Part shown: in pieces, positions 39,718-50,335 of the stretch
Layout of the letters: each line of letters starts with the position of its first letter
Numbering within the stretch: position 1 is the stretch's first letter
Assembly (NCBI GenBank): GCA_039804105.1
Contig: JBDRZU010000001.1
Coordinates: forward strand, 224,001 to 288,000
Direction of reading: 5' to 3'
Length of the DNA stretch: 64,000 nucleotides
Source: a candidate division WOR-3 bacterium
Lineage (GTDB): Bacteria; Hydrothermota; 32-111
Notes under the pieces: generated by a model
The model's database searches: none
What the model was told of the DNA's origin: nothing
Seen by the model: only the letters and a program-made list of their open reading frames with translations
Translations under genes and position numbers: made by a program

Positions 39718-39738
39718 TTTTGTTTTTTAATAAAAATC

Positions 39739-39766
39739 TTGAAAAGAAGGGATTTGTGGTTATAAT
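39739..39766 (+). promoter_or_regulatory. sigma70-like promoter TTGAAA-N16-TATAAT (polysaccharide operon)
   Basis: hexamers at 39739 and 39761. Confidence 0.65.
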
Positions 39767-39839
39767 AAATTTTTGAATGTTTTTTTATGATCTACATTAA
39801 ACATTGGAATGGTTTTAAATATAAATACAGGTTGAAGGA

Positions 39840-40433
39840 ATGGGGTATAGAAGTATAAAAAGGGGATTAGATATTTTCTTTTCAATAATACTTTTGATTG
39901 TTCTATTTCCTTTGTTCGTGATAATTTCTGTTTTGATATTGATAGATTCGAAAAAACCAATTTTTTTCTTACAAGATAGAATTGGGGAAAGTGGAAAAAT
40001 TTTTAAAATGATAAAATTTAGAACTATGATAGTTGGTGCAGAAAAGGGTGGAGTTTATGAGTTTAAAAATGATAACAGAATTACAAAGGTTGGAAAATTT
40101 TTAAGAAAAACATCACTTGATGAATTACCACAACTTGTAAATATTTTAAAAGGGGAAATGTCTTTTATTGGACCAAGACCTGTTTTGACATACCATCCTT
40201 TTAGGTACGAAGAGTATAATGAAATTCAAAAGAAAAGGTTTGAAGTAAAACCTGGAATAACAGGATTAGCTCAAATTAAAGGTAGAAAAGAAATCGGTTG
40301 GGACAAAAGGTTTAAATATGATATTTACTATGTTGAAAATCTTTCTTTTATTTTAGATTTTAAAATATTGATGCTAACTATTTTAAATGTTTTATTGATG
40401 AAAAATAATCTTAATGTAAACAAAACAGTATAA
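39840..40433 (+). CDS. Initiating (priming) phosphoglycosyl transferase
   Basis: KRGLD, KFRTM, LRKTSLDELPQL, MSFIGPRP, KPGITGLAQ. Confidence 0.92.
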   Translation: MGYRSIKRGLDIFFSIILLIVLFPLFVIISVLILIDSKKPIFFLQDRIGESGKIFKMIKFRTMIVGAEKGGVYEFKNDNRITKVGKFLRKTSLDELPQLVNILKGEMSFIGPRPVLTYHPFRYEEYNEIQKKRFEVKPGITGLAQIKGRKEIGWDKRFKYDIYYVENLSFILDFKILMLTILNVLLMKNNLNVNKTV

Positions 40434-40444
40434 AAAGGATTTTT

Positions 40445-41257
40445 ATGTTAAGATTTTTATATATCACAAATAACGAAGAAGTTGCAAAAATAGTAGAAAA
40501 AAATGGTGTTGAGTGGATATTTGTTGATCTTGAGATTTTAGGTAAGAAGGAGAGACAGAAAGGAAAAGATACAGTCATTTCCAACCATACTGTTGATGAT
40601 ATAAAAAAACTAAAAAATATTTTAACAAAGTCAAAAATTCTTGTCAGAACAAATCCTATAAATAGCAACAGTAAAGATGAAATTTACAGAATAATTGAAA
40701 ATGGAGCAGACATTATAATGCTTCCTTTTTTTAAGACAATAAAAGAGGTTGAAGAATTTTTAAAGATTGTTAATTCAAAAACTAAAACAATTTTGCTTTT
40801 GGAAACTCCAGAATCTGTTAAAATCCTTGAAGACCTTATCAAAATAAAAGAAATTAATTACTTTTATATAGGACTAAATGATCTATCACTTGGATATGGT
40901 TTTAAATTTATGTTTGAACCACTTGCTTATGGGATTGTTGATGAAATAGTTTTAAAAATAAAAAAAACACAAAAAGAATTTGGTTTTGGTGGTATAGCAT
41001 GTTTGGGAAAAGGAGTGTTACCTGCTGAATATGTTATTGCAGAACATTATCGATTGGGTTCAACGATGGTAATACTTTCAAGAAGTTTTTGTGATGTAAG
41101 TAAAATTAATGAAACAAAATTAATAGAAAAAATTTTTGAAGAAGAGATAAATAAAATTAGAGAATATGAGAAGTCATTAAGTGAAAAAAATAATGAATTT
41201 TTTTATGAAAATAAAAATAAAATAAAAAATATTATTATAGGAGGAAAAAATGAATGA
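40445..41257 (+). CDS. HpcH/HpaI aldolase / citrate lyase-like protein
   Basis: IFVDLE, IMLPF, LLLET, IGLNDL. Confidence 0.72.
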   Translation: MLRFLYITNNEEVAKIVEKNGVEWIFVDLEILGKKERQKGKDTVISNHTVDDIKKLKNILTKSKILVRTNPINSNSKDEIYRIIENGADIIMLPFFKTIKEVEEFLKIVNSKTKTILLLETPESVKILEDLIKIKEINYFYIGLNDLSLGYGFKFMFEPLAYGIVDEIVLKIKKTQKEFGFGGIACLGKGVLPAEYVIAEHYRLGSTMVILSRSFCDVSKINETKLIEKIFEEEINKIREYEKSLSEKNNEFFYENKNKIKNIIIGGKNE

Positions 41258-42839
41258 AAAATTAAAAAATATTCTTGATCAAAGAAAAGATCTGCAAAAA
41301 TTTTTATTCATTAAAGGTTTCCTGATCACTACTAAAGATTTATCAGAAAAAAAAGACTCTTTCCCATTTTATTCTAATTTTGAAGTAAAAAAAATAAAAA
41401 ATATTTTTTTCTGGATTTATAAAAATGTTCCATTTTATACTTTTGAGTCGAAAAACAAAACTTATTTTTTAATTGGACATGCTTATAATCCAATAACAAT
41501 GGAACATGATGAAAATAAGATCCTTCTTGATCTTTCGTTCCAAGATGAAAAGGGGACATATAATTTTATAAATAAAATTAATGAACTCACAGGTATATTT
41601 TTATTAGGTAAAATTGAAAATGAACAAATAGATTTTTTACTTGATGCATCTGGGATGCAATATGGATGTTATGGAAAATACGATAAAGATATATTCATTT
41701 CTTCCCATATTCAATTAGTAAACGATGTCTTAAATCTTGATTATATTGATTATGTAAATAGATTGATCAATTATAGATGGTATAAATACATGATGGGGAA
41801 TTATCTTCCCGGAGATTTGACACCTTTTAAAGAATTTAAAAGAATAATCCCTAACACAATTATAACATATAAAAATGATTCTTTTGTGATTAAAAGATTT
41901 TATCCTGAAAAACCTCTTGATTATGTTAAAAATGAAAAAGAGTATAATGATATAATAATTCAAGCATCAGAGATAATGAAAAATAACATGAAACTTATAT
42001 TAAAAAAGTGGAAGAGACCTGCAATTTCATTAACAGGAGGATTGGATAGTCAAACAACTTTTGCGGCTGCAAATGGATTATATGATAAATATGCTGTTTT
42101 CAGTTACATTTCAATGTATCGAGAAAAAGTTGATGCTGAGATTGCTCAAATTAAATCTAAAAAATTTAATGTTAAACATTCTTTATATCAAATCCCTGAA
42201 AGAAATGAAGAAATTGAAGATTTTGAAATCTATAAAATGATTTTAATACATAATGATGGAGAAATCGGAGGGAATAAAGATAATGACATTAGAAAAAAAA
42301 TATATCTTATGAAAAATTTTGCATATGATGTAGAAGTAAAAAACTGGATTGCTGAAACTTTTAGAGGTTATGCCTACAAATATTTCGGGAGAACAAAATT
42401 CCCCAAAGATTTAACACCGAGACACTATTCATCTTTGTATAAATTATTTTTTCTAAACAGAAAACTTTTAAAAGAGACAGATAATTATTTTAAAGAATAC
42501 ATTGAAAAAACAGAATTAAAAGAACATCTTTTCAACTATGATGAAAGCGATTTCTTTGTATGGGAAATGATGCATGGTGGTAAATGTGGACTTAATATTG
42601 GTGTTATGAAATTTTGTTTTGATATAACGATTCCTTATAATAACAGAAAATTTTTAGATATTTTATTAAGAGCAGATATAAAAGATAGAATCTCAGATAA
42701 AGTTCACCTCGATATGACAAAATATATGAATAAAGAATTGTATGATTTGAATTTAAGAGTAATAAATTTGAATGAAACAAGATTTAGAAAATTTCTTGCA
42801 AATATATATTTTACAATTAATAGTTCCTTACCTTTTTGA
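41250..42839 (+). CDS. Asparagine-synthetase-like PP-loop protein lacking the N-terminal catalytic Cys
   Basis: AISLTGGLDS PP-loop motif; N-terminus MNEKL. Confidence 0.55.
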   Translation: MNEKLKNILDQRKDLQKFLFIKGFLITTKDLSEKKDSFPFYSNFEVKKIKNIFFWIYKNVPFYTFESKNKTYFLIGHAYNPITMEHDENKILLDLSFQDEKGTYNFINKINELTGIFLLGKIENEQIDFLLDASGMQYGCYGKYDKDIFISSHIQLVNDVLNLDYIDYVNRLINYRWYKYMMGNYLPGDLTPFKEFKRIIPNTIITYKNDSFVIKRFYPEKPLDYVKNEKEYNDIIIQASEIMKNNMKLILKKWKRPAISLTGGLDSQTTFAAANGLYDKYAVFSYISMYREKVDAEIAQIKSKKFNVKHSLYQIPERNEEIEDFEIYKMILIHNDGEIGGNKDNDIRKKIYLMKNFAYDVEVKNWIAETFRGYAYKYFGRTKFPKDLTPRHYSSLYKLFFLNRKLLKETDNYFKEYIEKTELKEHLFNYDESDFFVWEMMHGGKCGLNIGVMKFCFDITIPYNNRKFLDILLRADIKDRISDKVHLDMTKYMNKELYDLNLRVINLNETRFRKFLANIYFTINSSLPF

Positions 42840-42841
42840 TA

Positions 42842-43753
42842 ATGAAACTTCTCATAACAGGTTCATTTAATATAGAAGATAAACAAAAAGTCAGTATAAA
42901 AAAAATAGGGTATGATTTATTTTTTTTTCAGGATGAGAAAAAAACTATTCCGAAATTTTTATTTGATGTTGATGGTATTATTTGTAATAACCTTTTTCTT
43001 TATAACAATATAAGAAACTTTAGAAATTTAAAATTCATTCAACTTACAAGTGCTGGATTGGACAGAATCCCAATGGATTATATCAAAAAGAAAAAAATAA
43101 AAATTTTTAATGCAAAAGGAGTTTATTCGATTCCGATTGCTGAAATGGTAGTTTTAAAAATTCTTGAAATTTATAAAAAATCAAGAAAGTTTGAAAAAGC
43201 ACAAACAAAACATAACTGGGAGAAGATAAGGGATCTCGAAGAATTAAGTGATAAAAAAATTGGTATTCTTGGTTTTGGAGATATTGGAAAAGAGATTGCA
43301 AAAAGATTAAAACCTTTTGGTGTTAGGATTTTTGTTTGTGATATAAAAAAGAAAAAAAATAATCTTATTGAAAAATTCTACTATTTTGATGAATTAAATA
43401 ATTTTTTAAAAAATATTGATGTTTTAATTTTGTCTCTACCTTTAACTGAAACAACAAAAGATCTAATCGATTATGAAAGGATGAATCTTTTAAAAGACGG
43501 TTGTGTTTTAATCAACATATCAAGAGGGGAAATAATTATAGAAAAAGATTTGATAAAATGTTTGAAAAAAAATAAATTTAAAGGTGTTTATCTTGATGTT
43601 TTTGAAAAAGAACCACTTGATAAGAATAATCCATTATGGGATTTTGAAAATGTTTTGATAACACCGCATAACAGTTTTGTTTCAGAAAAAATAAATGAAA
43701 GGTTATTTAACTTAATCTACCAAAATTTGAAATCATTAAAAGGGAAAAGATGA
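42842..43753 (+). CDS. D-isomer-specific 2-hydroxyacid dehydrogenase
   Basis: SAGLD, GILGFGDIG, LPLTETT, INISRG, LDVFEKEP, ITPH. Confidence 0.88.
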   Translation: MKLLITGSFNIEDKQKVSIKKIGYDLFFFQDEKKTIPKFLFDVDGIICNNLFLYNNIRNFRNLKFIQLTSAGLDRIPMDYIKKKKIKIFNAKGVYSIPIAEMVVLKILEIYKKSRKFEKAQTKHNWEKIRDLEELSDKKIGILGFGDIGKEIAKRLKPFGVRIFVCDIKKKKNNLIEKFYYFDELNNFLKNIDVLILSLPLTETTKDLIDYERMNLLKDGCVLINISRGEIIIEKDLIKCLKKNKFKGVYLDVFEKEPLDKNNPLWDFENVLITPHNSFVSEKINERLFNLIYQNLKSLKGKR

Positions 43754-44853
43754 AAAAATTTTTATTGATATCACCGAAAAATCGAACCGTATATAATTTT
43801 AGAGGGGATTTGATTAAAGATCTGCAAAAAAAAGGTTTTGAGGTGTTCGTCACTATCCCAAACGAAGATAATCTTGAAAAAATAAAAGAGTTAGGGGTTG
43901 AATACAGATTCATTCCAATGACAAAACATGGTCTAAATATTATTGAAGATATAAAATATACCTTCGGTCTTATTAGCTATATAAAAGAAATAAAACCTGA
44001 CAAAATTCTTGCTTATACTATAAAACCAATAGTTTATGGTTCAATTGCTTCAAAATTTTCAAGGTCCAATGAATTCTATTCAATGTTCACGGGCTCAGGA
44101 TATGTATTCATATCAAAAAGTTTGAAAGCGAAAATTTTAAATTTGATCGTTAAAAACCTTTATAAAATAGCATTTAAAATCTCAAGGAAAGTTATTTTTT
44201 TTAATGAAGATGATTTAAATGAATTTTTAAAAATGAAAACAGTTTCAAAAGAAAAATGTGTCTTAGTTGAAGGTTCAGGAGTCAATTTAGAAAAATTTAA
44301 ACCTTTGCCTTATCCAGATAAAATAACTTTTTTTATGCTTTCAAGATTGTTAAAAAGTAAAGGAGTAATGCATTATCTTGAAGGATGTAAAAGGATAAAG
44401 GAAAAATATCCTGACGTTAGATGTATGCTTCTTGGAAAAATTGAAAAAATGCCTGATGCTATAGCCGAGAAAAATATAATGTTTTATGTTGATAATGGAT
44501 TTGTCGAGCTTTATGGTGAAACAGAGAATGTGATAGATTATTATAAAAAAACATCTGTATATGTTTTGACTTCTTTCAGAGAAGGAATACCGAGAACAGT
44601 TCTTGAAGCTATGGCATGTGCAAGACCAATAATTACAACAGATGTCCCGGGATGTAGACAGACGGTAGTTGATGGTTACAATGGTTTTTTAGTTCCTTTA
44701 AATAATATAGAAAAACTTGTTGAAAGGATGGAATATTTTATAAATAATAAAAATGAAATTGAAAAAATGGGAAAAAATTCTTATAATCTCTGTAGTGAAA
44801 AATTTGATGTGAAAAAGATAAACAGTTCAATGTTAAAAATAATGGGAATATAG
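43750..44853 (+). CDS. GT4 glycosyltransferase
   Basis: YTIKP, GSGV, SRLLKSKG, REGIPRTVLEAMA, TDVPGC. Confidence 0.9.
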   Translation: MKKFLLISPKNRTVYNFRGDLIKDLQKKGFEVFVTIPNEDNLEKIKELGVEYRFIPMTKHGLNIIEDIKYTFGLISYIKEIKPDKILAYTIKPIVYGSIASKFSRSNEFYSMFTGSGYVFISKSLKAKILNLIVKNLYKIAFKISRKVIFFNEDDLNEFLKMKTVSKEKCVLVEGSGVNLEKFKPLPYPDKITFFMLSRLLKSKGVMHYLEGCKRIKEKYPDVRCMLLGKIEKMPDAIAEKNIMFYVDNGFVELYGETENVIDYYKKTSVYVLTSFREGIPRTVLEAMACARPIITTDVPGCRQTVVDGYNGFLVPLNNIEKLVERMEYFINNKNEIEKMGKNSYNLCSEKFDVKKINSSMLKIMGI

Positions 44854-44854
44854 A

Positions 44855-46729
44855 ATGTGTGGAATTAATGGAATTTTAGATTTTTCTGAAAAATTAGATA
44901 GTAATAGTTTAGAGCAATTGATCAATGTAATGAACAATTCGATAATTAAAAGAGGTCCTGATGAAGATGGAATTTTTGTTGATAAGAATGTTGCATTTGG
45001 AATGAGAAGATTGTCGATAATTGATTTACAGAAAGGGAAACAGCCGATATTTAATGAGAATAGGACTCTTTTGATTATAATGAATGGAGAAATCTATAAT
45101 TATAAAAATTTAAAAGAACATCTTTTATCAAAAGGGCATAAATTTACAACAAATTCAGACACTGAAGTTGTTTTACATCTTTTTGAAGAATATGGAGTAA
45201 ATGCTTTCAATAAATTAAATGGAATGTTTGCAATCGCAATCTATGACTTAAAAAATAGACAACTTGTCCTCACAAGGGATAGGGCAGGAGAAAAGCCATT
45301 ATACTATTTTAAAAATGAAAAATATTTTATTTTTTCATCCGAAATGAAAGGATTATTAGCATCAAACCTGATAAAAAAAGAGATAGATAAAAAAGCATTA
45401 AATCAATATTTACAATTAACCTATATCCCTTCACCTGAATCAATATTTGTGAATGTTAAAAAATTATTACCTGGTTCATATTTAGTTGTAAATGAGTCAG
45501 GAGATATTAAAAATAATATATATTGGAATATAGATTTTAGTGAACCTGAAATTAAAGATTATGAAAAATGTAAAAAAGAATTAAAAGAAATATTTTATAG
45601 AGTAATTGAAGAAACGATGGTTTCTGATGTTCCTGTTGGAACCTTTTTAAGTGGAGGGATTGATTCAAGTATCATTACTGGAATCGCTTCTAAAATTAGC
45701 AAGAAAAAAATTGATTCTTTTACAATTGGGTATAAAGAAAAGGAGTTTGACGAAAGTGAAAGGGCAAAATTATCTGCTGAAAAATATGGAGTAAATCATC
45801 ATCTTGTATATCTGAAAGTAAATGACTTTTTAGATGAAATAAATAAGATTTTTGATTACATTGATGAACCATTTGCTGATTCATCTTTGATCCCTACTCA
45901 TATGATATCCAAATATGCTTCTAAATATGTAAAAGTTGTTTTAACTGGAGATGGCGGAGATGAGATTTTCGGTGGATATAACAAATATTTGATTGGTTAT
46001 TATACTGAAAAATATAAAAAAATACCTTTACCTTTAAGAACTCTTTTGAAAAAAGCAATTTATTCTTTACCAGACAACACCTATTTATCACATAAGATAA
46101 GAAAAGTTATTGATAATGCAGATTATGATTTATTTACACAGAGAAAAAATTTAATGTGTTTAGGGTTTAAAAATAATGAACTATTGAAGTTATTAAACAA
46201 AAATTATTACATACCAGAATCATTAAATATTATTGACGGTTATTATAACAAATTCAAAAGCAAAACAGAAGAACAGAATCAAACTTTTTATACAGATTTC
46301 AAAATTGTTTTAGAAGGTGATATGTTAACAAAAGTTGATAGAGCAAGTATGATGAATTCTCTTGAAACAAGAGTTCCAATGTTGCATAAAGATATTGTAG
46401 AGTTTTCTATAAGGATTCCCATAAATTACAAAATATCCGGAAAAGAAAGAAAGATAATACTAAAAGATACTTTTTCTGATTTGATTCCAAAAAAACTGTT
46501 AAAAGCGAGTAAAAAAGGATTCGCTGTCCCAATAGGGAAATGGTTCAGAAATGAACTGAAAAATGACCTCTTAAAAGAATTGAATAAAAAAAATATTGAT
46601 GAAAGTGGTATATTTAATTATGATTATGTCGATGTTATAATTAAAGAACATATGACAATGAAAAGAGACCGAAGCAGTGAACTCTGGCTGCTGTATATTT
46701 TTCAGAAGTGGATAATTAGATATTTATGA
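44855..46729 (+). CDS. asnB: Glutamine-hydrolysing asparagine synthetase-family amidotransferase (polysaccharide amidation)
   Basis: MCGI, RGPD, RRLSIID, NGEIYN, LSGGIDSS, LTGDGGDE, KVDRASM. Confidence 0.9.
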   Translation: MCGINGILDFSEKLDSNSLEQLINVMNNSIIKRGPDEDGIFVDKNVAFGMRRLSIIDLQKGKQPIFNENRTLLIIMNGEIYNYKNLKEHLLSKGHKFTTNSDTEVVLHLFEEYGVNAFNKLNGMFAIAIYDLKNRQLVLTRDRAGEKPLYYFKNEKYFIFSSEMKGLLASNLIKKEIDKKALNQYLQLTYIPSPESIFVNVKKLLPGSYLVVNESGDIKNNIYWNIDFSEPEIKDYEKCKKELKEIFYRVIEETMVSDVPVGTFLSGGIDSSIITGIASKISKKKIDSFTIGYKEKEFDESERAKLSAEKYGVNHHLVYLKVNDFLDEINKIFDYIDEPFADSSLIPTHMISKYASKYVKVVLTGDGGDEIFGGYNKYLIGYYTEKYKKIPLPLRTLLKKAIYSLPDNTYLSHKIRKVIDNADYDLFTQRKNLMCLGFKNNELLKLLNKNYYIPESLNIIDGYYNKFKSKTEEQNQTFYTDFKIVLEGDMLTKVDRASMMNSLETRVPMLHKDIVEFSIRIPINYKISGKERKIILKDTFSDLIPKKLLKASKKGFAVPIGKWFRNELKNDLLKELNKKNIDESGIFNYDYVDVIIKEHMTMKRDRSSELWLLYIFQKWIIRYL

Positions 46730-47823
46730 ACAAGGGAATAAGAGTTCTACAGGTTTTTGGCAGAATGGATAGAGGTGGGGCTGAAACCTTGATTATGAAT
46801 GTTTATAGACACATTGATAGAAATAAAGTTCAGTTTGATTTTTTAGTTCATACACAGGATAAATGTGCATATGATGATGAGATTTTATCGATGGGAGGTA
46901 GAATTTTCAGAGTTCCAAGATATAAAGTTTATAATCATTTACAATACATTAACCAAATTAAAAATATTTTAAGTAAAAACCAATGGGAAATTATGCATTT
47001 TCATTTTTTTACAATATTTCCAGTCTATTTATCTATAGTGAATAAATATAAATATAAAATTGTAATTCATTCCCATAGTAACAATTTAGAAAAAAGTTTT
47101 AAAGGATTTTATCAAAAATTACTTTTAAATAAAATAAAAAAAATTGATGTTGAAAGATTTGCCTGTTCAGAGAAAGCAGGAGAATTTATTTTTAAAAAAA
47201 ATGATTTTATAACTTTTAACAATGGAATTGATACGAAAAAATTTAGTTTTAAGTCGGAAATTAGAGCACAATTTAGGGAAATATTAAGAATTCAAAATAA
47301 AATTGTATTGGGTCATGTGGGAAGTATTTATGAGCCTAAAAATCACTCATTTTTAATTGATGTTTTTTATGAATTTCAAAAAATAGAAAGTAATTCTGTT
47401 TTGATATTAGTTGGTGATGGACATTTAAAAGAAAAAATTAAAATCAAAATTAAAAAATTAAATATAGATGAAAAAGTAATATTCATGGGTGTGAGAGAAG
47501 ATGTTTATAATATTTTAAATTCTTTTGATATATTTGTATTCCCTTCATTATTTGAAGGTTTACCTGTTTCATTAATTGAAGCACAAAATAATGGATTAAA
47601 ATGTATAATTTCTGATAGAATAACAAACGAAGTAAAAATAACAGATCTTGTTGATTTTTTATCTCTTGAAAAAGGGGCAAAATATTGGGCTGAACATATT
47701 GCAAAATCCTTATATTATGAAAGAAAAGATAGAAGTGAAGAAATAATAAAAGCAGGGTATGATATAAAAGAGAATGCAAAATGGCTTGAAAAATTTTATT
47801 TAGAACTGATAAATAAAAAATGA
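46726..47823 (+). CDS. GT4 glycosyltransferase (EpsF-like)
   Basis: MDRGGAET, HSH, KNHSFL, FPSLFEGLP..LIEAQ. Confidence 0.88.
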   Translation: MNKGIRVLQVFGRMDRGGAETLIMNVYRHIDRNKVQFDFLVHTQDKCAYDDEILSMGGRIFRVPRYKVYNHLQYINQIKNILSKNQWEIMHFHFFTIFPVYLSIVNKYKYKIVIHSHSNNLEKSFKGFYQKLLLNKIKKIDVERFACSEKAGEFIFKKNDFITFNNGIDTKKFSFKSEIRAQFREILRIQNKIVLGHVGSIYEPKNHSFLIDVFYEFQKIESNSVLILVGDGHLKEKIKIKIKKLNIDEKVIFMGVREDVYNILNSFDIFVFPSLFEGLPVSLIEAQNNGLKCIISDRITNEVKITDLVDFLSLEKGAKYWAEHIAKSLYYERKDRSEEIIKAGYDIKENAKWLEKFYLELINKK

Positions 47824-49094
47824 AAAAAATTTGGATTTTATTTTTACTACAATTAGTAATATTAGCAATTCTTAAACCATTTATAACTGATTTAGAATTT
47901 TCGTCTTTGTATTTTGTATTTATTCATTCTATCTTAACTATTTTAATTTTATTACAATATAAAACAAAATTAAAATATTTGTTTATCTTAGGTTTTCTCT
48001 TAAGAGTTTTTACAATGTTCTGGGATATTTATTTCCATAATATTTTTAATCTACCAAATTCAGGTGTTGATAGTGAAATGTATTATTATTATGCTGTTCA
48101 AATATCTAATTATGAATCTTTTTCAAATTTGTTCACAAGGGGTGGTTTATATTCATTTATAAATGGAGTAATGTTTATTTTTATTGGAACACAAAGAATA
48201 ATTGGACAATACTTGAATGTAATTTTTGGCTTAAATGTAATCATATTGGTTTTCAAAATTCTTAATCTCTTAAATATTGATGATAGCAAGAAACTAATTT
48301 CAATAGCAATACTTGCTGTTTTCCCAAACTCATTAATAATGTCAGGGATTTTTTTAAGAGAAAGTATCATCACTTTTTTAGCAACAATTTCTTTATATTA
48401 TTTTACATTATGGTTTTTAACAAATAAAAATAAATACATGTTTCATTCAATTCTTTTTGTTGGCTTAGCAAGTGCGTTCCATTCAGGAATGATTGCTTTA
48501 TTTTTAGGTTATGCTTTTTCTTTTCTTTTTTATTCTTCAAAATACAATAACTTTATTTTTTCAAAAAGAACAATTTTTACTTTTTTATTATTACTTTTTG
48601 TATTTATATTTTCATATTTTAGATACCAAGAAGTTTTTTTTGCTAAATTCACAAAACTTGATCAAATTGAGGATTATTTTACAACTGTAAACAGTAGATT
48701 AGGCGGTTCTGCTTATTTAAAATTTTTAAAAATTGATTCTCCTTTGTTACTTGTTTTATTTGGCCCAATTAAATTTATTTATTTTTATATCGCTCCACTT
48801 CCTATTGATTGGAGAAATATTTTTGATGTTATAACTTTTTTATTTGATTCGTTGTTGTATTTGTATATAATGATAAAAATTTCTGATTTTGTTTTAAATG
48901 AGAAAAACAAATTCAGTACTGTTTATAAAAATTACGTTTTTTCTTTAATTATGATTATTGTCTTTGTTTCAATTATTTTTGGTTCAGGGGTTGGTAATAC
49001 AGGAACTGCATTAAGGCATAGACAAAAGTTTATATCAAACTTTATTGTTTTGTTAGCTTTAATAAATCTTTCAAAAAAGGAGTTAAAAAAATGA
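47820..49094 (+). CDS. Putative Wzy polysaccharide polymerase
   Basis: about 11 TM helices within the GT cluster, GGSAY loop, GTALRHR. Confidence 0.6.
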   Translation: MKKIWILFLLQLVILAILKPFITDLEFSSLYFVFIHSILTILILLQYKTKLKYLFILGFLLRVFTMFWDIYFHNIFNLPNSGVDSEMYYYYAVQISNYESFSNLFTRGGLYSFINGVMFIFIGTQRIIGQYLNVIFGLNVIILVFKILNLLNIDDSKKLISIAILAVFPNSLIMSGIFLRESIITFLATISLYYFTLWFLTNKNKYMFHSILFVGLASAFHSGMIALFLGYAFSFLFYSSKYNNFIFSKRTIFTFLLLLFVFIFSYFRYQEVFFAKFTKLDQIEDYFTTVNSRLGGSAYLKFLKIDSPLLLVLFGPIKFIYFYIAPLPIDWRNIFDVITFLFDSLLYLYIMIKISDFVLNEKNKFSTVYKNYVFSLIMIIVFVSIIFGSGVGNTGTALRHRQKFISNFIVLLALINLSKKELKK

Positions 49095-50335
49095 ATATTT
49101 TGTATGTTACTGGATTGTCTATTCCTTTAAAAAATATTATTGAAGGCAAAATGGAAAAAGAAATTACTGGGCTTCCTGGATTTTATTATCCATGGAAAAA
49201 ACTTGTTGATAGAGGTCACAATGTTGATTTTGTTTTTATTTCCAATTTTAAAGGAAAATATAATATTAAGGTTCAATGGTTTAGTGAAAAAAATATTCTT
49301 GCTAATATTTATGCTCCTTACACAGAAGTAAATTTTTTCAGATTTATAAGACAGTTTATTAGATTTATTCAACTTTTATACTATACTTATAAAGCAACAA
49401 AAACAAAAAAATATGATTTTATATATTGTAAAGCTTATGAAGGTTTTGCAGGTCAAATTATTGGTAAAATATATAAAATACCAACAGGTATTAGATTATT
49501 TGGAGATTTTACCTTTTGTTATACTGACATAAAAAAATATGGGATATTTTGGGGTTCTATTAAACACATTTTTGAATTTTTTTCTTTTAAATTGGGAGCA
49601 AATTTTTTACTTGCCACTGATGATGGTTCAAATTGTGATAAACTTTTTTATTTGTGGAATAATTATAAAACAAAATTTTATTTTTGGAAAACAGGAATTG
49701 ATATCTCATTACCTGAAATAAATAAACCATCAACAATAAGAATTCCTAATAAAAATTACATTTATTTTGCGGCAAGATATCAAAATTGGAAAAGACATGA
49801 TAGAGTCATAAATGTATTAAAAAAACTAATAGATAAAAATTATAAATTAGATTTAGTTTTCACAGGTAATATAACATCTCAAGAATATTATGAAAGCTTA
49901 AAAAAATTATCCAAATACTTGAATGTTGACCAGTATGTTTTTTTTGAAAAAGAAATAGCCCAAAATGATGTAAAGTTATTAGCAAAAAATGCTGTTGCAA
50001 ATATATTGATGGCAGATAATTCAAATTTAGGAAATGTGTTTTTTGAAATTTTTTCTATAGGTTCTATAATAATCTCTTTAAAAAATCGAGCATTAGAAGA
50101 ATATATTGTTAACGGGTATAATGGATTTCTTGTTGAAAATGAAGATGAAGTAGTAGAAATAATTATTAAAATTTTAAAAGAAGAAATTGATTCAAATAAG
50201 ATTAAAGAAAATGCTAAAAAAACTGCTCTTGAGAGATTTTTATCTATAGATGAAAGATTTGATAAAGAGGTAGAACTTATAGAAAGAACAGCAAGAAGAG
50301 AAAAAAATATAAAGATTAAGTTAAGTAAAAAATGA
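49091..50335 (+). CDS. GT4-like glycosyltransferase
   Basis: ARYQNWKRHD, LGNVFFE, YIVNGYNGFLV. Confidence 0.75.
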   Translation: MNILYVTGLSIPLKNIIEGKMEKEITGLPGFYYPWKKLVDRGHNVDFVFISNFKGKYNIKVQWFSEKNILANIYAPYTEVNFFRFIRQFIRFIQLLYYTYKATKTKKYDFIYCKAYEGFAGQIIGKIYKIPTGIRLFGDFTFCYTDIKKYGIFWGSIKHIFEFFSFKLGANFLLATDDGSNCDKLFYLWNNYKTKFYFWKTGIDISLPEINKPSTIRIPNKNYIYFAARYQNWKRHDRVINVLKKLIDKNYKLDLVFTGNITSQEYYESLKKLSKYLNVDQYVFFEKEIAQNDVKLLAKNAVANILMADNSNLGNVFFEIFSIGSIIISLKNRALEEYIVNGYNGFLVENEDEVVEIIIKILKEEIDSNKIKENAKKTALERFLSIDERFDKEVELIERTARREKNIKIKLSKK

